From the NCBI GenBank assembly GCA_946497925.1, contig CAMMMG010000001.1, positions 6,192 through 70,191 of the forward strand: 64,000 nucleotides of DNA. The letters run 5' to 3'. Positions within the stretch are counted from its first letter, which is position 1. Each line of letters starts with the position of its first letter. This document shows, one piece after another, positions 49,416-58,695 of the stretch. This DNA comes from an uncultured Mycoplasmatota bacterium (GTDB lineage Bacteria; Bacillota_I; Bacilli_A; RF39; UBA660). The notes under the pieces were generated by a model. The model ran no database searches, was not told the origin of the DNA, and saw nothing but the letters and a program-made list of their open reading frames with translations. The translations under genes and the position numbers were made by a program.

Positions 49416-50419
49416 ATAATGAAGTAGAATTAATTAATCTATATAAGAAATTGGAATCACTTCCTAAAATTAAAAAGTGTTTGTATCCAGACAAAGAACA
49501 TTGCAAAGGAAAAATCAAAAGAGCTCATACTATACAAAATAATAAAATTTTGATAAGTGTTTCTGATAATGGGAATCTAATTGCATTAAATGGCAAAACA
49601 ACTCTAGGATTTCAAGATTATGAAAAACAAGGAAGAGGAGTAGCAAGTACTTTTTGGGGATTTTGTGATTATCATGATACTGTTGTTTTTGAACCTATTG
49701 AAAATTATGATTATGATAAATCTTTAAAACAAACATTTTTATATACATACAGAACTTTTTCGTGGCATTATTATTTAAAAGAGATGCAATTAAATAAAAA
49801 TAATTATTTACAAGAGAAAATTCCTGTTAATATGGAAAGTAATGAGTATTTTTTAGGTACTTCGCTAGGAATTAGTGATAATAAAAAATTGAAAGAAAAA
49901 TTTGATAAAGCAATTTTGAGTAATAATTATGACATAATAAAATATTATGTTTGGGAAATTCCATTTAAAATAGAGTTTTGCTGTTGTGGTATGGTGCAAT
50001 TATTTAAAGATTTACGAGGAAATGATATTAATAATTACGAGGGTTTAGCAAATATTAATAAACCAATGAAAAATCTTTTTATAAATATATTTCCAGAAAA
50101 AAATAAATCATATTGCATTTTTTCATGGATGGTTGATGATTTTGAATACGAAAATTTTACTCTTCAATTTTCAAAATTGACTTTTAAAAACAAGATAAAT
50201 TATATGAATAATATGCTACCAAAGGAAACTGATAAAATTTTTATTAATCCAAAATTATGGAATAAATGGGGAAATGGTATTCAACAGTCATTTATTGAAT
50301 GGGCAAATGTCAGTATGTTGCTTAATGCAATGCAAGCAGAATCACATAAACGAATAAAATGGAAGTATTCGTTTGTTCCATGGAATTTATTTGATTGTTC
50401 TGAAAAATTAAAGAAGTAA
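49412..50419 (+). CDS. hypothetical protein (335 aa), translationally coupled (ATGA overlap) to the giant helicase-MTase gene
   Basis: Track ORF with a 4-nt overlap with the upstream stop. No recognisable motif. Cys/His-containing, including a CCCG stretch. Confidence 0.5.
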   Translation: MNNEVELINLYKKLESLPKIKKCLYPDKEHCKGKIKRAHTIQNNKILISVSDNGNLIALNGKTTLGFQDYEKQGRGVASTFWGFCDYHDTVVFEPIENYDYDKSLKQTFLYTYRTFSWHYYLKEMQLNKNNYLQEKIPVNMESNEYFLGTSLGISDNKKLKEKFDKAILSNNYDIIKYYVWEIPFKIEFCCCGMVQLFKDLRGNDINNYEGLANINKPMKNLFINIFPEKNKSYCIFSWMVDDFEYENFTLQFSKLTFKNKINYMNNMLPKETDKIFINPKLWNKWGNGIQQSFIEWANVSMLLNAMQAESHKRIKWKYSFVPWNLFDCSEKLKK

Positions 50420-50432
50420 GAGGTGAAGTTTT

Positions 50433-52937
50433 TTGAATCAAAAATGGTTATTATGTGATTTACATATGCATTCACAATATTCAAAAATAAATAAACCAGG
50501 TGATAAAAGTAGAGTAAAAGATATGGTAGCTAGTGAATTTGTTGATATACTTAATCAGTCAGGTGTTGAATTATTTAGTATAACTGATCATAATTATTTT
50601 TCTGATGTTTACTATGATGAAATCGATAAATATATTACCGATAATGATTTAAATATGAAAATTATAAATGGTGTTGAATTAGATGCATATGTTGAATTAA
50701 AAGATGGAACAAAGGATAGTATTCATATTTGTATATATTTTTCAGATAGTACTGATAGAAAAAAGCTTAATAAAGTAATTTATTCATTATACAGAGATAA
50801 CAACGATAATATGTTAGAACCTTTATTTATGGAAATAATAAATAAATTGACTGAACTCAATACAAAGTTTATCATAATTCCTCATGGAGATAAGCATAAG
50901 GGACTATTTAAAATAATTAAAAATTTAAATAGTGAAGATGCCGTTGATTTTTATAAGTATTCAATGTATAAAATATTTAATGCATTTGATGTGAGACCAG
51001 GATTTTATAGTGTAAGCGAATCATTTTGGGCTACAAATTTTTACGAAAAAACTAAGTCATTTGATAAAATTCTGTCAAATTATGATGATGATAAATTAGA
51101 AAATTTGAAGAGTAATATTTCAAATAAAATAAAGGATGATACTTACGAGTTAACGGAAGAAGAACTGGAGATATATAGATATATATTAGATTATGGAAGT
51201 TATTTTGCATATTTCACTTTTTCTGATTGGCATAATAAAGAAGATTACAAACCAGAAATAAATAATTTCGTATTTGGAACACTTGAATATGGCTTTGAAG
51301 CAGTAGAATTAGCAACATTAGATCCTAAATCGCGAATAGAACAATCTCATGATAAATATATTGCAATTCCTTCTACATTATTAAAAAAAGTTGAATTTAA
51401 AATAAAAGATGATAAGAAAGAAATTTATTTTTCCCCTGGATTAAATGCTATTGTTGGTAAAAGAGGCAGTGGTAAGTCACTATTATTATCTGTTATAAAA
51501 AATTTAGTAGAAAAAGACGCAGAAGATGGTGCATTAAATAAGTATAAAAAGTTAGAAATTTCAGATATTATTGGACAAAATCGCGATAATATTAACATTT
51601 CTTTAGGCAGTTTAAGTTCTGTAGCGTTCTTGAATCAAGATCAAATTAAAGAGATATTTGAAAATCCAGAAAACGCACAAGAAAATATATCTAAAAATTT
51701 TAAGGAAATTAAGAATTTAAATTTAAATGATTTGATAAATATATCTGATGTAGCTAGTAAACTTAAGCCATATAATAAAAATTATAAAAATCTAACATCG
51801 AATATTATTTCAATAAAGAAAATTGATGATTATAATTTAAGTGCATATGAAGAACTTGATAATGTTAATTTTAAAAAATATTTTAGTGATAGTATTAACT
51901 CTTTGAGACTTGCCATAAATGAATTAGAAAATTTGGGATTAGATAGTAGTAAATTAGAAATAGAACTTTCTAATTTATATAAATATCAAAAATATTATTT
52001 AAAAATGATTGAATTATACAATACAATTATTAATAAGAATAATGCAGTTATTAATGATATTAATTCAAAGAAATCAGCAAATGAGATAACAATAAAGCAG
52101 AATATAAATACTATAAATAGTACGATTAAAGAATTAAAAAATAATTTTACAATCCAATTAAACTATGAAAAATTAAAATTATTAATTAACAATTTTAGTT
52201 TTGACAATCCTCCTGTTGAAGTGTCGATTAAGGGTAAATATTTATTTGTAACATATTATGATATACCTACAAATATGAGAGATATAATATTAGATAAAAT
52301 TACAGATACAATTATTCGTTCAAAAGAATTCGGAGATATTGAAAATTATCTTTCGGGTGATAAGAATAAGCAATTGAAGTCGGGAAAGAAGAATCTTTCT
52401 GAAGAATTAGATAAATATATAAAGAGTGATACATTCAAATCAAAAAAAGAATTTTATGAAATAATAGATGCATCTATTGATTATAAGAAACAAATAAGTA
52501 GTATGAACGAATTAGAAGATTACTTAAAACAAAATAAAATAAGAAATTTAACGGACGCATCACCTGGTATGAAAAGTGTAGCGTATTTGGATATGTTGTT
52601 TGATTTAGATGAGACAATTCTGATTTTAGATCAACCAGAAGATAATATAGATAATGACTATATAAGTAAATATTTAGTTCCTAATATTAAGGGTAAAAAG
52701 AAGATTAAACAATTAATATTTGTAACTCATAATCCGTCTGTTGCTGTATATGGCGATTCATTTAACTATGTGTATGTAGAAAATAACAATAAAATAAATT
52801 ACACAAATTATTTAATAGAGAGAAAAGAAGATAAGGATAAGTTGATAAATATTTTAGAAGGTGGAAAGAATAGTTTCTCAAATAGAAATAAAAAATTTGG
52901 AAATGTATTAGGAGATGAAGAATATGGAAATTATTAA
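50433..52937 (+). CDS. fusion of an N-terminal PHP-domain metal-dependent phosphoesterase/nuclease with an ABC/AAA_21-type ATPase separated by a long coiled-coil/insert
   Basis: PHP motifs are LCDLHMHSQYS and ITDHNYFS. Walker A is SPGLNAIVGKRGSGKSLL (about residue 340). Walker B/D-loop is ILILDQPEDNIDNDY (about residue 735), then FVTHNP (H-loop-like). Confidence 0.7.
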   Translation: MNQKWLLCDLHMHSQYSKINKPGDKSRVKDMVASEFVDILNQSGVELFSITDHNYFSDVYYDEIDKYITDNDLNMKIINGVELDAYVELKDGTKDSIHICIYFSDSTDRKKLNKVIYSLYRDNNDNMLEPLFMEIINKLTELNTKFIIIPHGDKHKGLFKIIKNLNSEDAVDFYKYSMYKIFNAFDVRPGFYSVSESFWATNFYEKTKSFDKILSNYDDDKLENLKSNISNKIKDDTYELTEEELEIYRYILDYGSYFAYFTFSDWHNKEDYKPEINNFVFGTLEYGFEAVELATLDPKSRIEQSHDKYIAIPSTLLKKVEFKIKDDKKEIYFSPGLNAIVGKRGSGKSLLLSVIKNLVEKDAEDGALNKYKKLEISDIIGQNRDNINISLGSLSSVAFLNQDQIKEIFENPENAQENISKNFKEIKNLNLNDLINISDVASKLKPYNKNYKNLTSNIISIKKIDDYNLSAYEELDNVNFKKYFSDSINSLRLAINELENLGLDSSKLEIELSNLYKYQKYYLKMIELYNTIINKNNAVINDINSKKSANEITIKQNINTINSTIKELKNNFTIQLNYEKLKLLINNFSFDNPPVEVSIKGKYLFVTYYDIPTNMRDIILDKITDTIIRSKEFGDIENYLSGDKNKQLKSGKKNLSEELDKYIKSDTFKSKKEFYEIIDASIDYKKQISSMNELEDYLKQNKIRNLTDASPGMKSVAYLDMLFDLDETILILDQPEDNIDNDYISKYLVPNIKGKKKIKQLIFVTHNPSVAVYGDSFNYVYVENNNKINYTNYLIERKEDKDKLINILEGGKNSFSNRNKKFGNVLGDEEYGNY

Positions 52938-53199
52938 AAAGAATGAGGCTATACAATTAGTTGAAAATCAAAAAATTATTGAGGAATATAAGTTTGATAA
53001 TGAAATTAATTTTTCAAAATTAATGGAATATTTATTATCATTAAACTTATCTAAAAAAATCACATTAGACGATAAAGTCTCTAATAAAAAATTGGAAGAA
53101 GAAAATTTGTTAAAAATAATAACTAATATTATAAATGACTACAATAATAAAACAGAGGAATTAGAGACTTTTAAGAAGGAAATAGAGAATAAAGATTAA
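52915..53199 (+). CDS. small acidic/coiled-coil protein (94 aa), overlaps the end of the PHP-ATPase gene
   Basis: Track ORF with a 23-nt overlap with the upstream gene. Possible operon member. Confidence 0.4.
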   Translation: MKNMEIIKKNEAIQLVENQKIIEEYKFDNEINFSKLMEYLLSLNLSKKITLDDKVSNKKLEEENLLKIITNIINDYNNKTEELETFKKEIENKD

Positions 53200-53454
53200 T
53201 GATATATAATAAATAGCTGATAGATAAAAATGTAGATTGTGTCCGGTGACTGTCCTAATATTTTGTGTTAAAATGATAATATAGGAAAGTTGTAAGGGGA
53301 TAGCAATAATTTGTATTTTTGCAAATTATTTTTTCTTCCACATATCCTTATTTTATAACGAATTGTGAAGCATTTAATGGAAATTGTGCCATTGCAATTC
53401 CTATTATTTTGTGGTATTATGGTAATATAGGGTAATTATAAAAAGGGGCTATTT

Positions 53455-53479
53455 GAGAGATTTTTTATCTCTCTTTTTT
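53455..53479 (+). terminator. rho-independent terminator closing the element-2 operon
   Basis: Stem GAGAGAT / ATCTCTC followed by TTTTTT. Confidence 0.5.
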
Positions 53480-53727
53480 CATGCCCATTTTTATTTTTAT
53501 CAAAAGAAAGAGGGTGAGTTATATTTTTAAAAATTGATAATGAATTTTATAAAATAGTTGAAATATTAAATGAAATTTTGATTTAAAAACTCCTAAACTG
53601 TCGGAGACTATTAGTGGGTTTTAGGGATATTCTCTAACAAGCTAGATAGGTGTGTATACACCATGCTTGATATATTGTATTATACGGATATGTAACCTCA
53701 AAATAGGATTTAATTGTAACCTAAAAT

Positions 53728-54324
53728 GTGGTAGAAAATGAAAGGAGAAATATGGAGTTTAAATCAATGGAAAAGTGGCGCGTTTTACAGAAGTTTAATA
53801 TGAGTGAAAAGCAGTATAAGAGACTAGTGAAAAGATTAGAAAGAAGACATCCTAATGAAAGATGGATTGATGAACATTTTGCTCAGAATGGTGAAAGAGT
53901 AGTATATCTAAAATTGGAACTTGTAGAATGGATAGAAGAAGTTTATTTAAATAACAATCTATTTTATTTAGATGCTGAAATTGTTTTCTTTAAAAAACAA
54001 ATATTAAGATTAGAAGACGAGCTTAATTTTCCTCATAATGAATTTGAATATAAAGATATATCTTTATATGATTTAAGAAGTTATTTTAATAGAAGTAAAA
54101 ATGTTATTGGTGTTGCAGTTAATAGAATGGAAAAAAGAAATAATCAATTATTTAAGTATTTAAAAGATGGTAAAGTAATAATTTCTAAAGAAGGCGTTAA
54201 ATGGTTAAGTGAAAACTATTTCCGTAAAGATTATTTAAAAAAACTAGAATTTTACAAATTAGAACTTCAAAATGTTAAGCGAAAACGAAATAGATTAAAA
54301 GAATATAATATTTTCTATTACTAG
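53728..54324 (+). CDS. hypothetical basic protein (198 aa) of element 2
   Basis: RBS AAAGGAGAAATATG upstream. Lys/Arg-rich. Possibly a DNA-binding or regulatory protein. Confidence 0.45.
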   Translation: MVENERRNMEFKSMEKWRVLQKFNMSEKQYKRLVKRLERRHPNERWIDEHFAQNGERVVYLKLELVEWIEEVYLNNNLFYLDAEIVFFKKQILRLEDELNFPHNEFEYKDISLYDLRSYFNRSKNVIGVAVNRMEKRNNQLFKYLKDGKVIISKEGVKWLSENYFRKDYLKKLEFYKLELQNVKRKRNRLKEYNIFYY

Positions 54325-54574
54325 ATTAGTTTGAAATATAACTAATTTTTTTATGCTCTAATTTTGATAATAAAGTCTTATAGTCGTTCTTATTTCATAA
54401 AATAAAAGGAGAGGTGTAGATTAGTGAACATAACTGAAACTTTCGATAAAGATAAAAACTTGGTTGATTTAATAGAGGAGTACTTAAAATTGATGTTAGA
54501 AAATAGTAAGCAGTAAAAGTTTGTGGTATAATGATATTGCTTATTGAAGTTATGCACATTGGAAGGAGTAGTAA

Positions 54575-56200
54575 GTGTATAACAATATAATACAAGCACC
54601 AAGTTTTTATAGAGTAGGTTTATATATCAGATTATCAGAAAGTGATGAAGATAAAACTTATGAGTCAGAGAGTGAAAGTATAATCAATCAAAGAAATTTA
54701 TTAATGGATTATGTAAAAATGAGTGGATATACTTTGGTTGATGAATATGTAGATGATGGATTTACTGGAACTAACTTTGATAGACCTTCTTTTCAAAGAT
54801 TATTAAAAGATATTGAAAGTGGTCGAATCAATTGTGTAATCACGAAAGACTTATCAAGATTAGGTAGAGATTACATTCAATGTGGTTATTATGTAGAACA
54901 ATATTTTCCACAAAAGAAAATTAGATATATTTCTATACTAGATCAAGTTGATACATTTCTAGAAAGCGCTAATAATGACATTGCTCCATTTAAAGCTTTG
55001 TTTAATGATATGACTAGTAAAGATACTTCTAAGAAGATTCGTTCAATACTAAAAAATAAAAAAGAACAAGGTAAATTTATAGGTAGTAAACCTTGTTATG
55101 GATATATGAGAGATCCACTTGATAAAGGACATTTAATACCCGATCCAGAAGTTGCTCCCGTTGTTAAAAAGATATTTAAAATGGCTCATTCTGGAACTGG
55201 AGTAAGCGACATAGTATCATACTTAAATGATAATAAGATATTAAGTCCTAGTATGTATAAAAATACTAAATCATCTTCAAGACAAAAAGTGAACGTATGG
55301 ACAATATCCTCAGTAAATAAATTATTAAAAAATAGAATGTATACAGGGGATATGGTACAAAATGTTCAAACAAAATTAAGCTATAAATCTCAAAAGAAAG
55401 TTGCTTTAGAAAAAGAGTTTTGGATAATAGTAGAAAACACTCATGAACCTCTAGTTAGTAAGACAGTATTTGAAGCAATACAAAATGCTCCTGCAAGAGT
55501 AAGAACAACTCATTGTAATAGAGAAAAAAGATTATTAGAAAATCTACTTGTATGCAAAGAATGCGGCAATTCTTTAAGTGTTCTTTATAGAAAAAATAAA
55601 AACTATAAGGATGGAAAATATTGGAGTGTTAATTGCAATAAATATGCAAGAGATCCAAGAAGACATTTGTGTTATCCACATTTCTTTCCTTATGATAAAC
55701 TAGAAGAAAAAATAATGAGTGTTATTAAAACTACTTGTCAAAAATATTTAGATAGTTTAAATATCAAAGAGTTATCTGAAAGAGTATTACAAGATAGAAC
55801 AAAGGAAAAGAATGATAGGCAAAAGGAAAAGCAACAATTATTAAATGAGATTGATGAATTAAAAAGAAAATCTGATGCTTTATATGATGACAAATTTAAT
55901 GGGATAATAAGTGTTGGTACTTATACAAGAATCTCTACGCAAACTGAAAAACAAATATCAGCCTTAAATTATAGAATTTATGAAATAGATAATGAAGAAA
56001 ATCAGATTAAAGAAGATACAAAAGAAATAGCTAAACATGAAGAACAAATAAAATCACTTTTAAATTTAGATGAACCCAACAGAGAACTCATAAAAACTTT
56101 AGTAAAAAATATTTATATTGATAAAGATAGAAATATAGAAATTCAATACAGATTTAAGATGCTAGATGATATAAAAACTAATTATGAAGAAATAAATTAA
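54575..56200 (+). CDS. large serine recombinase (element 2 integrase)
   Basis: YRVGLYIRLSESDEDK is the resolvase catalytic domain. A recombinase domain, a zinc ribbon (CKECGNS...CNKYAR) and a coiled coil follow. It is about 40% identical to the element-1 recombinase. Confidence 0.9.
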   Translation: MYNNIIQAPSFYRVGLYIRLSESDEDKTYESESESIINQRNLLMDYVKMSGYTLVDEYVDDGFTGTNFDRPSFQRLLKDIESGRINCVITKDLSRLGRDYIQCGYYVEQYFPQKKIRYISILDQVDTFLESANNDIAPFKALFNDMTSKDTSKKIRSILKNKKEQGKFIGSKPCYGYMRDPLDKGHLIPDPEVAPVVKKIFKMAHSGTGVSDIVSYLNDNKILSPSMYKNTKSSSRQKVNVWTISSVNKLLKNRMYTGDMVQNVQTKLSYKSQKKVALEKEFWIIVENTHEPLVSKTVFEAIQNAPARVRTTHCNREKRLLENLLVCKECGNSLSVLYRKNKNYKDGKYWSVNCNKYARDPRRHLCYPHFFPYDKLEEKIMSVIKTTCQKYLDSLNIKELSERVLQDRTKEKNDRQKEKQQLLNEIDELKRKSDALYDDKFNGIISVGTYTRISTQTEKQISALNYRIYEIDNEENQIKEDTKEIAKHEEQIKSLLNLDEPNRELIKTLVKNIYIDKDRNIEIQYRFKMLDDIKTNYEEIN

Positions 56201-56332
56201 GTAATGAAAATAGGGTGGTAAAATTTGTTAATCACACAATCTCACCATCCCCTATACTATTTTTAGAAAAAATGAAAATGCAGTAAAATCAAGGAAAAAT
56301 GATAGCCTAATCACATAAAATCTTTCCGGAGG

Positions 56333-57692
56333 TGGAGAAGGTGCAGAAGTTATTTATGCTTTACGTAATAATTCTACTTTAGCTCAGTCTATCTTAGAAG
56401 AGATAGGTAGTGAAGGGCAAATTATGCGTAAGTATTATCAAAGAAGACTTCCTGAAGATCCATCTAAAGACTATTATTATATTATTAGAGAGACTGCTCC
56501 TATGCAATCATTACTTGTAGAATATGGATTTATTGATAATGCTAATGATAGGGTTAAGTTGCAAAATGATTTATTAAATTATGTAGAAGCAGTTGTTAGA
56601 GCGATTGCAGGGTATGCTGGTGTTCCTTATACTCCACCTGAAGGAAGTGGTACTAACTTTTATACTGTAGTTAAAGGTGATAGCCTTTGGAGTATAGCTC
56701 GTAAATTTGGTGTTACAGTACAGGCTTTGAGAGATGCTAATAACTTAAAAAGTGATACTCTTACTGTTGGTCAACTTCTTAGAATTCCTACTAGTGGTGG
56801 TACTGATAATGGAACTGGTGGTAATGTTACTTATACTGTGCAAAGAGGAGATAGTCTATGGAGTATTGCAAGTCGTTATGGAATAAGTGTTAATGATTTA
56901 AGACGTGCTAACAATTTAACTAGTGATACTCTTAGTATAGGACAAGTTTTAATTATTCCTGGTGTTGGTAATGGTAATGAGGGTAATGATAATATAACAG
57001 GACCTTCTACTACCTATACAGTACAAAGAGGAGATAGTTTATGGAGTATTGGTAATAGATTTGGTGTAACAGTTCAACAACTTAGGGATGCTAATAATTT
57101 AACAAGTGATGTTTTAAGTGTAGGACAAGTCTTAACTATTCCTGGTGTTAGTGGAGATGAAGATACTGGTGATAATAATGGAACAGTATTCTATTACACA
57201 GTAGAACGAGGAGATAGTCTTTGGAGTATAGCAAGACGTTTTGGTGTTACGGTACAAGAAATAAGAGATGCTAATGATTTAGTTAGTGATACTTTAAGTG
57301 TTGGACAATCTTTAATAATCCCTGGTCTTAGTGCAGATGAAGACTTAGAAGATGATAATAATAATGAAACTACTCCTTCTACTTATACTGTACAATCAGG
57401 TGACAGTCTATGGAGTATTGCTAATAAATTCGGTATTACTGTCAATGACTTAAAGAATGCTAATGGATTAACATCTAATCTTCTTTCTATAGGACAAGTA
57501 CTAATTATTCCTAATTCTAATACTAATAATCCAACTAATCCTAGTTATACAACCTACACAGTACAAAGAGGAGATAGTCTTTGGAGTATAGCTAATAACT
57601 TTGGTGTTACTGTTGATGCTATTAAGACGTTAAACAATTTGACATCTAATTTACTTTCTGTTGGTCAAGTATTACAAATACCTAATAATTGA
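56333..57692 (+). pseudogene. C-terminal part of the interrupted N-acetylmuramoyl-L-alanine amidase: end of the Amidase_3 domain plus six LysM repeats (track ORF 56424..57692 is the portion from an internal ATG)
   Basis: In frame from 56333: GGEGAEVIYALRNNSTLAQSILEEIGSEGQIMRKYYQRRLPEDPSKDYYYIIRETAPMQSLLVEYGFIDNANDRVKLQNDL. This is the Amidase_3 C-terminal block (vLrettmPAvLvElGFisN). Six YTVxxGDSLWSIAxxFGVTVxxLxxxNxL repeats follow, which are LysM. Confidence 0.85.
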
Positions 57693-57789
57693 TGTAAAAA
57701 TCAGTAAAAACCATTGATTTAGAAAGGCTTTCATGCTATCCTTAATATGTAAGCAAGATAAATGCTTAATTATATAGGAGGTTTTATAA

Positions 57790-58065
57790 ATGAAAAAAGT
57801 AGAATTAGTAGAAGCTGTTGCAGAAAAAGCTGGTTTAACTAAAGCTGATGCAACTCGTGCTATTGATGCATTTTGCGAAACTGTAACTGAAACATTAGCT
57901 AAAGGAGATAAAATCCCACTAGTTGGATTTGGTACATTTAGTGTTTCAGAAAGAGCTGCTCGTGAAGGACGTAATCCTAGAACTGGTGCAACTGTTCAAA
58001 TCGCAGCAAGAAAGGCTGTTTCATTTAAAGCAGGATCTGCTCTTAAAGATGCAGTAAACGAATAA
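57790..58065 (+). CDS. hup: DNA-binding protein HU
   Basis: 91 aa with [28 protein letters not shown]...[21 protein letters not shown], canonical HU. Confidence 0.95.
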   Translation: MKKVELVEAVAEKAGLTKADATRAIDAFCETVTETLAKGDKIPLVGFGTFSVSERAAREGRNPRTGATVQIAARKAVSFKAGSALKDAVNE

Positions 58066-58086
58066 GCCAGCAATGGCTTTTTTTCT
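58064..58086 (+). terminator. rho-independent terminator after hup
   Basis: Stem AAGCCA / TGGCTT followed by a T-run. Confidence 0.6.
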
Positions 58087-58088
58087 TT

Positions 58089-58331
58089 ATGTTAATCTAT
58101 TTAATTATAATTAATACTTTTACCTTTATTATTTATGGAGTAGATAAATTTTTTGCTTGCCATAATTACTACAGAATCAGTAAAAAACTTCTATATTTAT
58201 TTAGTATATTTGGGGGAGCTTTAGGAGCATTACTTGGAATGTTTTTCTTTAGACATAAGACCTTAAAATTAAGTTTTTATCTTGTTAATGTTATATCTTT
58301 AATACTATGGAGCGTGATATTATGGAAATGA
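58089..58331 (+). CDS. DUF1294-family small membrane protein
   Basis: The pattern YGVDKFFA...RISKKLL...FGGALGALLGMFFFRHKT is the DUF1294 pattern. Confidence 0.55.
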   Translation: MLIYLIIINTFTFIIYGVDKFFACHNYYRISKKLLYLFSIFGGALGALLGMFFFRHKTLKLSFYLVNVISLILWSVILWK

Positions 58332-58666
58332 TTATACATTTAGATAGCGATGTATTTGATGTAGTTAAAAATGGAAAGAAAGATGTTGAAGTTAGAGTAA
58401 ATGATTTAAAAAGAAGAAAGTTAAAGATAGGAGATACTTTGATATTTCTTAAAAGGCCTAATGATGATGAAGAGATAAGAGCAGAAGTTATGAAATTAGA
58501 TTATTATGATACCTTTAATTCTTTGGTTAATAATTATGAGATGGAAAGGCTTTATTTAGATAAATTTAGTAAAGATGAATGGTTAAATCTTATGGAAAGA
58601 TTTTATACAAAAGATGAACAAAAACTATGGGGAGTTGTAGCAATTACTTTTAAAAAACTTAATTAA
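58307..58666 (+). CDS. ASCH-domain protein (start uncertain, likely MEMIIHL at ~58322)
   Basis: About 110 aa with a beta-barrel-like pattern ...VKNGKKDVEVRVND...IGDTLIF..., as in YqfB/ASCH proteins. Confidence 0.45.
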   Translation: MERDIMEMIIHLDSDVFDVVKNGKKDVEVRVNDLKRRKLKIGDTLIFLKRPNDDEEIRAEVMKLDYYDTFNSLVNNYEMERLYLDKFSKDEWLNLMERFYTKDEQKLWGVVAITFKKLN

Positions 58667-58695
58667 ATGATAAAATATATATGGTGATATAAATA

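Larger units (their letters stand above)
43519..56332 (+). mobile_element. integrative element 2 (~12.8 kb), inserted in the same amidase gene; carries a defence-like operon and its own large serine recombinase
   Basis: Joining 43518 to 56333 restores the frame (GCT GGA GG|T GGA GAA gives NAGGGEGAEVIY). The core GGAGG is flanked by imperfect inverted-repeat arms (CCTAATCACATAAAATCTTTCC...GGAGG...ACAGGACGCGTATTATGTGGTTAATTCTAGG). The recombinase is at the right end. Confidence 0.8.

Noticed and set aside
54390-54602. Two overlapping minus-strand track ORFs (70 and 66 aa) just upstream of recombinase 2
   Set aside because: Antisense to the recombinase promoter/RBS region and to the candidate small + strand ORF. 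Highly hydrophobic low-complexity translations typical of AT-rich antisense DNA.
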